A stretch of DNA of 64,000 bases, from the NCBI GenBank assembly GCA_977030845.1, contig OZ365110.1:52452001-52516000 (forward strand). The letters are read 5' to 3'. How positions within the stretch are numbered: the stretch's first letter is position 1; every line of letters starts with the position of its first letter. Source of the stretch: Fimbriosthenelais zetlandica (lineage: Eukaryota). Position numbers and translations under genes: made by a program. Positions 1-11,800 of the stretch are shown here, in pieces. The notes beneath the pieces are model-generated. The model worked only from the letters and a program-made list of their open reading frames with translations, ran no database searches and had not been told where the DNA came from.

Positions 1-1020
1 TTTGGGCCAAACCAACCCTGGCTTGTCCCATGATGCCAAACGTAACCTCAGTCTAATCATATAAAGTTGTCATTATTTTATCAAATGTAGCTAGGTAGTG
101 GAAGGATCTATAGTTGGACATTATTCATGACTTTGGTTTGTGGTGCTTTCTCATCAATACAGCCAGCTATTCTGGACAAACACAGAGCTTTTAACACCAC
201 CACAGGCCAATCGATGGCTCTATGGGGATGGCATGGCTGTGGCTCCCCAAGCCACCTCCGACACGTGCTATTATCATATTTACCAATTATAATATTTTGG
301 GATAATTTTCAGGACCATGATCCGGCCATGGGCATTAATAATAGCCCAAGGTAGTCTCAATTCGGTCATGGACCCACGTATACCCTCATGTGTACCGGCC
401 TACCGTCCAGCATTCTATTCAGTAAAGGCTTTCAAGACACGAAAATCGACTGAATAGTTCAAAATGATGCTCTATTCGAACGACTTAAATGAATTAAAGC
501 ATACAAGTTAAAGCTATATATTATGCATAATAGGAAGTAAAATACATTACCCTTTTTGGTACATTTATTATAAAATAATTGTTTAAACCTATCAAAATCA
601 TTATATTTAGCCTCATATCGGAATGTACCTTCTAAAGCCCCACGGGAACCGATCTTCACATCAATGCACTTTAGCAATGATACATTCCTACCAACCCTAC
701 AAAGCACAGCTTTAAATGCTTATCCATGTCTATATCCCCATTAAACACTCACACGAGCATCTAACCTAGAGTTGCTCGTCTGATCTTGAAAGAATGATGT
801 GGGAGGTGCGTGCTTTTATGGCAGCAGACGACATTTGAATAATAAAGCAGTGAGCGGCGGGTAAATGCTGATTGCAATGACAGGTAACAGGTGAGAGTCC
901 CACCTGCGTTCAGCAAGAGGAGGAGGACCATATTATACAGGTGTAGAATACAGAGATTACCTCTGTCCACCCTCTACCTGGGGTGATAAAGGTTCTACGT
1001 CAAAACCGCCTCTGAAGAGA

Positions 1021-1038
1021 CAATTCCCGCGGGTAAGT
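1021..1038 (+). promoter_or_regulatory. Candidate donor of a non-coding first exon of Ir25a
   Basis: Consensus GG|GTAAGT at 1033. The Ir25a ATG sits just after an acceptor at 2784, so an upstream UTR exon is expected; this donor is the best-looking candidate but is unproven. Confidence 0.3.
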
Positions 1039-2787
1039 AGAATTATTTAATAATATTATATATAACATCTAATTTATCATCAGATGTTAATACTATTTTT
1101 TTAAACTTATTCTTCATAAGTTAAAAGCCATGAGTAAATCGGCGTTTAGATCTGTCTATGTGAGTGAGTGTACTATCGAGTCCTTAAGTCAGAAAGGCAA
1201 TGTCCCTGCATCAATGCCAGGGATTATGATAAAAATTCTGAGGTGAAAAACATTCACAGTTATTTAACAGAAGGGCATGTGAAGCTATTATTTTTTCACT
1301 AGTATGCTGTTCTGTCAGATCTTTACATTGGCTATAGGTTAAGGTTGGTCTGCGATGGGAAATTCAGTGAAATAAAGGTACATAATGTGTAGAATCATAT
1401 GCTACAAGTTAAAAAGCCAACTTTAATAATCAATGTCGGTTTTTTCTCCGAAAATATATTGATTAGGGTGCATGTATCTAGATGCATAGTAGTTACATGC
1501 TTGACAGGGATATTTGTAGGATTCTCTCATGTAAAATTCATTGAAGAGATATTCCTTCATTATTGATTAGCCATTATTTAGTGTGCTGCGTTACCAAGCC
1601 TCTAATCAACATCTTGCTTTAACAGAATTTCGAACTGGGTTTTACCATCAATATATTGTACCAGAAACACAATGAAAATACACCTTTAACTTCAGTACTG
1701 CTTCGATGGTGAAGCTTTGATGCCAGTGTTAGTTGAACTACATCAAGGGATGCAATTTTCCTTCCCCTGGGACTATATTTTTTAAGTATAGACTAAACTT
1801 TAGCTATATCATATGGCTAGTATGGGTTATGTTCCCTACCTGAAGCTCTTATAGGCCTACATACTTATAAAGTTTAATGTTACTCTAATTGTAATGCAGT
1901 TTGGATTGAAGTTGCCTTTAATAGAAACCGAGAGACAGCAATATTATATATATGCTGTGCTTCTTTGGAGGCATTTGGACGCAGTTCCAGCACTGCAATA
2001 GACTGGATGCAAATGGATTGCAAATGAAATTATATTTGAAAGCAGTGGGGCTGACTGGCCCCAATATTACTAGCAGGTGTACATCAGAAAGTCCCACTAG
2101 ATTCTATTCTAGCTCAAGTCAACACAATGCCATTGTTTGCAGTTAACACCCAACAATCAATCAATAAATGATCCCTGATGCTCGGAATTACAATCTATAG
2201 ATACTAACAATTCCCTAGTGACAACTATGCTCGGATGCGAGGCATCATCTCTATGGATCCAATTCCTACCTTATAAAATATCTTCTATGGATACTAGGCT
2301 ACACTGAAGCGAAATTTCTCCACCCAACCGTGGAATATACTTCTAATATCCCTTTATCACTGTCTATATGCATTATAAACTAGCATATAGAAACAAATTT
2401 CTATGGACATAATGTATTGAGACGGGTAACCTTAATTTTCCAATCCCCTATAGATATGTGCACTGCATTATAGATCTATGTGACATAGAATTGCAGATAA
2501 ATTATCATATCATGCCATATTGTATGGAAGGTTGGAGACAATTTAGAGATAGTTGGTGCAGCTGGCATTGGCAGTTGGATGCCATATAGCTTACATTGCC
2601 GAGACAGTTTTATAATAGATCTACGCTCATATAAGTATGAAACTATTGGTATTGTGAGGACTCACTGTATGCATAAAATTTAATACGAGTTATGACGTTA
2701 TAATACAGGTGGTATGCAACTCATTCTTGTTTCATAGTCATTTATATGTCCATAAAGCAGGTTATCAAATTTATTTTTTTTCAGAAA

Positions 2788-2881
2788 ATGGATTCAGACT
2801 CCCGGAAAATATCGTTATTCTTCCCTCTCGCCATTTTATTTATGACGACTGAACTCACCCTCTCTGAAGACATCAATATTG
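2788..2881 (+). CDS. Ir25a: Ir25a coding exon 1 (signal peptide MDSDSRKISLFFPLAILFMTTELTLSEDINI)
   Basis: ATG 3 nt after a ttttttttcag acceptor; hydrophobic core; phase-1 donor gtttgt fits the next exon. Confidence 0.72.
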
Positions 2882-5800
2882 GTTTGTATAATTATTAAAT
2901 TATTCAGTTATCATGGTGATATTTCACTGACTGAAACCCGAGTTTTGGCAATGATAGGATATTATGTGTTGATCAGTAAATAGAACATTTAAGCAGTAAC
3001 TAACGTAAAAGAATATCGCCTACAGTAGGCCTCTATTTCCAGTTGATCACTTTTAGGGACGACACTTAGTGTTGAACACTTTAACTATATATGTTTTGTT
3101 AGTAATTGTAGAGTGATCTAATATCATTAATTGAACTTTAGTGGCAGTAATAGACGCTAAAAGGCCAGAGGTGGAGATGAATCTACGTACAGCAGTGACG
3201 TACATCAACCAGCGTCCACTGTCAGCACTGGGTGATCGTACTGTCAACATGACAGTCATTCAATCACATGACAACTCCTCCTTTACTGCTATGACACAAG
3301 GTAGAGAACGATGCCGAAGAAATAATTAGGCATCCTTGGAATTATTATCATTCCTTGCACCAATATCAAAAGTATGAAATTCCATATTAATCGTAGTAAT
3401 TTTTTTTTTTCGGTTAGAATTTGTATAGAGCCATATTATTGGTGAAGCCAGCCTAGTTTTTTAATGGCCTAGTTTTTTAACTCCTCCTTTACTGCTATGA
3501 CAAAAGGTACAGAATGATGCTGAAGAAATAATTAGGCATCCTTGGAATAATGATTATTTCTTGCACCCATATTAAAAGTATAAAATTCCATATTAATCGT
3601 ATGAATTAACCTATTATTTTAATGGCACTTTTCGAAGATTATTGATTATGTCATGTGCCTGCGACATGATACCTCAGTGAGGCAGCACTATAAAAGAGCA
3701 TTGGGCTCACTGTCAGAAGTAGGCACCGTCATGATATAACTGAAAAATTGTTGAAAGTGACGTTAAACCCCATTCAATCAATCAATCACTCGAAGATTAT
3801 TGATGTTCTTTCCTCATTCCAGTGTGTGCAAGTTTTGAGACGGGAGTATCTCTAGTAGTGGACTTGTCATCTCGCTATGTGACCAGAGCTGTCCGCTCTA
3901 TGGTTTCCACCCTAGGCCTGCCCTATATCTCCTCGGTAGATCCCTCATATATTGACAGTGAATCAGAAGAGGCATCAAATACATCTGTCAACTTTATACC
4001 TCCAGCTACTACAATGTTACTAGTCATCAGGGACAGTGTACGTCAAGAGAATCTCACCAATGTGGGCATCATCTATGACAACACGTTTGGTATGTGCACT
4101 CTTAAAGGGACCAGTTGTTTCAAGCCGGGAATACACTAATCCAATTCTCCTATCCGTTGCCATCCGATACCCTATTTCTAAAGACATCTAAAGACTGGAA
4201 TTTTGTCAGTGGTTTGCCTTACCTAGGTGTAAAGGACTGTTCAAATTGCAAGCATTTGGTGCGAATAGAAATATGGTTTCTGACAGCTATCTGATGGCTC
4301 CGGATAGAGAAACGGATTAGTGTATTCCTGGCTTTAGTCGGGTGATTATAATAGGCTCTTTAACCGTGCAGCAACAACTGCTACTGCTAGGGTCATGTCA
4401 TCTTCGTTAAGATCACTCTATTAACTTCCCTTTGTATTGTATCGATGATTTCTTTAAGATTTGGAAAATAAACCAAAGCGTTTGCTGAGGAACATCCCTG
4501 CCCAGCATCTGTATCTAAAGATGGCGATAGGGGAGATGGATATTGAGGAACAGTTACGCAAGATAAAGAAGGCTGAGTTACAGCATGTGTTTCTGGCTGC
4601 TAGCAGTGCCAACGCTGGAGCTTATATTGCTGTGGTTAGTGTCTAAATTAATACTGGAAATACCGTTATCTTTCCGAATTAATTTTACGTACATTTAATG
4701 TAGTCACTATGCATCAATGTATTTTATAATTTTTTTATCTCCTCTCAATTTCTCCCTAGATATGTTGCTGAACCAAACTGTCTAGGTACCTCTGTTACCT
4801 CTGACCTTACAACGTTTTTAAAAATCCTCTTGCTTCTGTTCACTACTTTTTCTTTCTTTTACGTTTCTTTCCCCCTGTTTTCTGTCACTCTCTCCTATTA
4901 CTTTCCTCCTTCTCTCTTCTTGTTGTATTTGTCAAGTACTCTTTTTTTTCTAAAAATTATAGAACCACCTGAAAATACGCCGCATGGTGGGATTGGTTAT
5001 GTATAAAGTGTTCTCAATAAAAAAAAATAGGATAGTTGTAAGAGGTTAAATGACACCCAAGAGTGGATTGCAGGCAAGAGTTAAGAACTGTTTGTAGAGC
5101 AGAAGTCCTGCATGCCTGCCGAGCTGCTCGAAGCGAAGCCCAGTTAATGTGAGCTGAAAGCCTGGTACACACTGCCGGAAAAAATGCCAGAACTTTTAAG
5201 GTTCATTAAGGTTCTTGTTACTTTATAGGCAAACCGTGTTGGAATGACTAACTTCAAATATACTTGGTACATCCTTACCAAGGTAAGGTCCTGTTCGTAC
5301 TGTATTAGAAAAACCCTGATGCTATGAAAATAATAATTAACAATACACCTACAACTAAATAACTAACAGTAGATTTGATTAATTATATTAAATAGGATGC
5401 AGTGATGACATGCACCAATTGTGCAGGTCCAGTAACTGTTGTGGTTATGAAAGGAAAGAGTCAGTTTGCTCCAATGAATGTTTATGTCAAGACAACAGAG
5501 ATTGAAAAGAGAGAAGACATAGAGGTACGTTTTCCCCAAAACCTATAAGAATCAAACTTACATCATTACCAAAGATTATTACAAACAATGTCATGTCTAT
5601 AACAACTTTTCTCTCTAGCTTGAAGCAGCCTATCAGTTTGACATGATGAATGTCATAGGACTGGCCTTGGACAGGGCAATGACTAGGGGTTCCTGGAGTC
5701 AATCTTATATCACTGAATGTTACGGTTCTTCATCTCCTAACCCAGCCACTGTTAGACAGAGCGTTGACTTTATACAAAGCATCAAAGAGGTAAAAATGCC

Positions 5801-8800
5801 ATCAATCTCAAATACTAACTTTTGTCGAAGGATACAATAACTCCTGTCCTTCAATGCAGTACTCTAGCAATATTTGCCTAAATATTTACACTCGCTATTC
5901 TAGTTCTAGTTAAATAGTGGATCATTGTTTTTATGTCCCCGATTTCTTTCCTGTTGTCATTTATTCCGACATAAAGTTTTCACTAATTATTGACCATATA
6001 CTTCATGATGTTGTCTAGGTTAACTGGGAGGGTATATTTGGTGACTTCTACTGGGATGATACGTCAGCAGAGCAGGATATCACACTGGAGATAGAGAGAA
6101 CTAAATTTGAAGGGGGCACCAGCATACAAAACCAAGAGGTAAGTACATTTATTCACTTTTTCCTTTCACTAATGAACACCCAACTGTAAAAAGGAATCAC
6201 CAGCAATCTTTGTATTGATCTTGATAAAGGCCCATATTGCCCTTGGGGTGACATGGTAAGCCTATTTTCCCAATATAGTGTATGAAATATTACAGACTAT
6301 TTCTCTATTCAATTTTCTTGTAGATTGGAAACTGGACCAAAGCTCAACACTTATATGCATTTGATGGATCAATCACCAACAAAAACGTCAAGAAAACCTA
6401 CAGAGTCGTCACCCTAAAGGTAAATAAAACCTTACCTAACGATCACTGTAGGCTACTATCATAAATGGAGGTTGAAATTGAATGTTTTAAATTCAATAAT
6501 CATCGGATACAGACGATATTTTGTATCTTGTCCTATATAATATCTGCATGGCCTGACTTCCTACCATCACTATAATATCCAGCCTCATGGTACCTTTTGT
6601 GTGAGGATCTGTATAAGTCATATCCTCTTTTATGAGGCAGTTAGAGCCTGTCCTGTAATAAATGTTCTTAGGGGAAGAAGAAACCAAAGAGACCCTGAAT
6701 AATAATTCACTGTGTAAGGCCATTTCTCATCATTTCTTTACCAGTTCTGACATGATGCACCATTTACCTAAGCCAGGGTGCAGCATTAACTCCGCCATTG
6801 TCAGGTATATTCCCCCATTAATCCAGCCCCTTGTGTTTGCCTATCTTTTTGTTTATCTAGGAACCACCCTTTGTTTTCCGTGAACGGACCCGCCCTGCCT
6901 CCGTCAAAAATGTCTACTACAATGAAACGACGGGATTTTATTACTTCGGCTACTGTATCGGTAGGTATAAGGGTCTCCCTTAATCTCTTCTATGCTATTA
7001 GTAATTATATTTTTGTCAAATTCTTGATAGGGTGAAGGGTAAGACTGAACAAAGGGAAACTACCTATGAAAAACGCAATAATACGATTTAGATTTAAAGA
7101 ATACACTCATAATCACCCACAAACCATTACCATTAACCCACAAACCATCACTATTCAAAACTGTAACCTTTAATACTAACACCAACCTTTCTACTACCCC
7201 ACTCAAAGCACCTCCCTCTCTACTCTGTATCTAGAAAAACAGCAATAGGCAGAATACCATGGACTAGCCACATTCAATGTGCCCCGTGAGCCTATGACAC
7301 CTTTGTTCGCTGTATAAATATCCTAAATAAAACAAAAAGAAATATCCTGACTATGCCTACAATAAGTGATTTAACCCATGCTGTCATTCTTTACACCCAA
7401 TCAAAGTCCTGCTTAATTCGTCAACTGTACCTCCCCAATTAATTATCCCCCTTCACTCCACTGTCTCTAAGGGCGATGTTTTTACCAAGCAGCTCATCCC
7501 AACGCCTTGTTCATCAGTCAATAGTGATTATATTGATTGAACTCAATCTGCAGACCGTGTTCCATTTCTTTACGTGCTTTAGACTTTTTTGTCATTTTCA
7601 GCATTTTTCCTTACAAATAAAATAAATATGCCCATCTTCTCACTTTCCCTCCCTCACTTTTCTCCTCAGTGTTTCCAACTTTTCTTTTAGCGTTATTTAG
7701 CTTTACATTACCTTAAATGTTTTTTTCCTTATGGACAGATTTGATCTACAAGATCAACGAAACACTCCGCTTTGACTTTGTGTTATATGAGCCAGCCGAT
7801 AGGGCTTATGGAAGCATGCAGGACGACGAGTCGTGGAATGGCATGGTTTATGACCTAATGACTGAGGTGAGTTTGTGCAATAATTTAAACCCTTATAGAC
7901 TATATTAAAGGGCAAATAATGACTAGTATCATGTAGGGTGCACTGTCAACTGGACTGGTCAACCCGGTGTCAGTATAATGTGACTGGGTGAGATATCATG
8001 TCATGTGCCTGCGACATGATACCTCAGTGAGGCAGCACTATAAAACGCATTGGGCTCACTGTCACAACAGGGGCGTAGGAAACAGGGGGGCCACAGGGGC
8101 CATGGCCCCCCTACCAAAAAGTTTGGGGGGGCCAACATATGGTTTGGCCCCCCTACCAATTTGTCGATATAATTGCAAGTAAAGTCAAGTTCTATACCAC
8201 ATGTGGAACCATGCATTAGCAAGCATACATAAGTTGTGTATACTTGTGGTTTCACCGTCATTTGGGTAAATCATTGTATTGTTCCACTACATAACTGTGA
8301 CCACTCTCCATCTGTAACTGGAGTTAATCTACTGAAGCCAATGCATATCATCACAGTCCTTTTATGCGTACATGACCCACCTTCTCTTTCTTTAAAGGTC
8401 TAAACCCCACACCCATCCCTACCCTTTCTTTCAGCATCTATTCTATATCTGCTTTTCTACAACTCTTGTTCAATCTGCCACAGAATTTGTCACAAAATGG
8501 CAGCCTTTCAAAGCAAGCAAATTTCTATAATTTTTCGATAAGATGTACAACGTACGTCATTGCCACGTATCAGCTTTTGGGATCGTTCAAGTATGAAATT
8601 TTGGGCAATGTTTGACCATCATTCGGGATTTCAAAATCCTGATTGTCGTAGAAGTGTCACAATCAATGGAGTCTCGGATTTAGAAACCGGAGAATTAGAC
8701 ACCACGGTAATGAGACACTGGGCAAATAGACACTGGGCAAATAGACACTGGGCAATTAGACGCTGGGCAATTAGACATCTGTATAATTAGCCACCTGACA

Positions 8801-11800
8801 ATATTAACACTCAGGTAATTTTACACCAAGGTAATTAGACGCTGAATAATTAGACATCCTTAAAATTAGACACTCGACAATTAGACGCCCAGATAATCAG
8901 GCACTGGAAAATTAGACGCCCAGATAATTAGGCACTGGACAATTAAACGCCCAGATAATTAGGCACTGGACAATTAGACACCCAGATAATTAGACACTGG
9001 ATAATTAGACACTGGATAATTAGACGGCCGGATGATTAGACAATGAACAATTAGACACCCAGATAATTAGACACTCGACAATTACACACCCAGATAATTA
9101 GACACCCAGATAATTAGACACTGGATAATTAGACGCCCAGATAATTAGACAATTAGAGAATTGCCCAAAAGTATCTAATTGTCCGTATATATGCCATTTT
9201 CCAAGTGTCAAATTTTCTGAGTGTCTAATTGAATGGTGACTTATAGTCTGTGTCCAATCATGCAGTGTCTAATTAGCCAGGTGGCCAATGGTCAAGAGCT
9301 GACACTGCCTATATATATCTAGGTGAAACTGGCCCCCCTACATTTCAGTTGCTTCCTACGCCCCTGCACAAGTAGGCACCGTCATGATATAACTGAAAAA
9401 TTGTTGAAAGGGACGTTAAACCCCATTCAATCAATCAATCACTGTCAACTACCCACAAAATCGCATTGAACCTCAATAAAAACAGTCCCATTAATCATCA
9501 TAACATTGTCCACCATCTTGGCTGCGTGACGTCACCCACACCCCAATCGACAGAGATTAGAGAAAGAAAACAATGTACATACCGTTTGTCACACTGTCAC
9601 TGGAACCCTCTGTGAAATATAAGCGTAATCCTCTCCGTTGCTGTTGTTCAACTTGCTGTAATATGGAGAGAAACAAGGTTATAAGCCTTAGAGTTGACCA
9701 GCCGCAACACCCACGTGGGCTCTGAGCAGCCATCTTTGTTTCTATTATGCTCAACATCATAAGGGGCCTCATAGACACAGGCATCGATCGCTTAACACAT
9801 TGAAAATCTTTCCCGCTATGACAGGCGCCCAATGATAAAAAGCATTTGAAACAACATTTTCTTCCCCATTTTCGCTATCAGGGTAATACTAGTTATTATT
9901 ATCATCTTTATTTCTAGTATGCTCAACATCATAAGGGGCCTCATAGACACAGGCATCGATCGCTTAACACATAGAAAATCTTTCCCGCTATGACAGGCGC
10001 ACACTCCGCACAGTGGCGCTCCAGTCGGAGGAACGGCTGTGTGTGACAGGCGCCCAATGATAAAAAGCATTTGAAACAACATTTTCTTCCCCATTTTCGC
10101 TATCAGGGTAATACTAGTCATTCTTTGCCCTTTAAAGGATCTATAGGCTATAGAATTGCACATGCTATTTGTTATTTTTTCAGCGAGCTGACATTGCAGT
10201 GGCTCCGCTGTCTGTGATGGCGGAGAGAGAGAATGTGATAGACTTCACAGTACCCTACTATGATTTAGTTGGTATTACTATTCTCATGAAGAAACCCACC
10301 TTCACATACTCTGTCTTCAAATTTATGACTGTCCTCGAAGAAGCTGTTTGGGGGTAAGACTTATAATATTTACTTTTACAGCGTGTTAAAATATTATAGC
10401 TTACAATGTGGGACAGTAAAAGCATAGAAATGAACATTAGGTGAACAAAGAGAGTAGGCTAACTGTCAACCCAATCATGCCAAACACTTCATGCCAAACA
10501 CAACCTATATACCTCCCTACTACCATCAAGACAGGGCCCAAATAATGGGGGAATTGGTGACATTTCATTACAGACATTTCATTTCATTCTGCACGAACTT
10601 GCTTGAAAATAAACAAATGTTAAATTACCCTATCTTTCCTCCTGATTGTTCAGCCAAACACTGATCAGGTCTTTTTCTGCTAACTGATGTACGTCATCCC
10701 ATAATCTGGTTCATGTTCGTTCTAATAGGAAACGAGACCAGCATGTGAGATTCCCAACTCAATGTCCCGCCTCCCTCAATGGCTGGCACTTCATTATCTC
10801 CCAGCTTTTCCAGACAGGGACAAGACAAAGTAAATTATGATCTTGACTTGAGAGTTTGAGTGGTTGGAATTAATTTACTGGGCCAACAAATAATTTGGCT
10901 CAAATGTTATATTAGAAGAATAGTATTTGACTAGGGTCTATACCAAAGACAAAAGGGAACCTTTAATAATCTGTTGTAGAAATATTGATTGATCAACATC
11001 TATCTTTCTCTCCTGCACGGCACCTCAATACTTATCCCAATTAATATGAAATTGAGTAATTCCACCCCAGAGGTCCTTGATCTTCAGTTCACTAATTGAA
11101 AGGTGACTCTCTGAAGGTCAACTCTTTGAAGGTTGAATACTGTACCTACTACCTATAGAGGCTACTCCATGTACACATATATAGGGGACCTCATGTACAA
11201 CAAAACTTTGATAAAGAAATGATATAATATTTCCTTTTAGTATGGAAGGTAATGCAATAGATAAATCATGCAATGCTTACCCGAGCATGAAGTGACTTAG
11301 AGAGGTGAAGCAATGACCTCCTCGCTTCATTAGGAAGATTTCTAATGGAGAATCACTGGTCTATTGAGGACATCCCGCTGTGGAGCCCCAATCAATGTAT
11401 AATGTGTCCGATTGCCATTTCCCGTGAATGATGCCAATGGCAATCCACTCAATGTATTTTTGCTGCACCTCTGGATCAACCAACCGGATCACCTTGATTC
11501 AATTATAGCTCGTTATGGATGTTCAAGGACTGCCATAATCAAATTTAGACTGCCATTTCTGAGGAAGGCCATGTATAGGGCTAATTTCCCAAGTTTGATT
11601 GTAGGACAAAGAACAGCATTTGTCAGTTAGAAAAATCCCTTCATATGAAGTTAGAAATAAAACACCTCTCATTTTATATTTTGTAACTTATTTGCTTTTA
11701 TTTATTATATTATGTAGGTGTGTATTATCAGCCTTTATCATCGTCAGCGTCCTGCTCGCCGTGTTTGACAAGTTTTCGCCGTACAGTTATCAGAATAACA

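Larger units (their letters stand above)
7952..9439 (+). mobile_element. Same SINE-like family, split by a nested MITE
   Basis: 7998-8067 plus 9372-9439 reconstitute the 3647 copy; 11-bp direct repeat CACTGTCAACT at 7941-7951 and 9440-9450. Confidence 0.8.

Noticed and set aside
4461-4646. Secreted N-terminal-only IR25a isoform by read-through of the gttagt donor
   Set aside because: An in-frame stop shortly after a donor is normal in AT-rich introns; nothing in the sequence supports real use.
8709-9157. Repeat-spacer look resembling a CRISPR array
   Set aside because: The constant core is only 8 bp, the variable parts are 7-8 nt and recur, the context is a eukaryotic intron, and there are no cas genes.
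10009-10036. CACAGTG heptamer suggesting a RAG/Transib-type signal
   Set aside because: No nonamer-like sequence at 12- or 23-bp spacing; a single heptamer is expected by chance.
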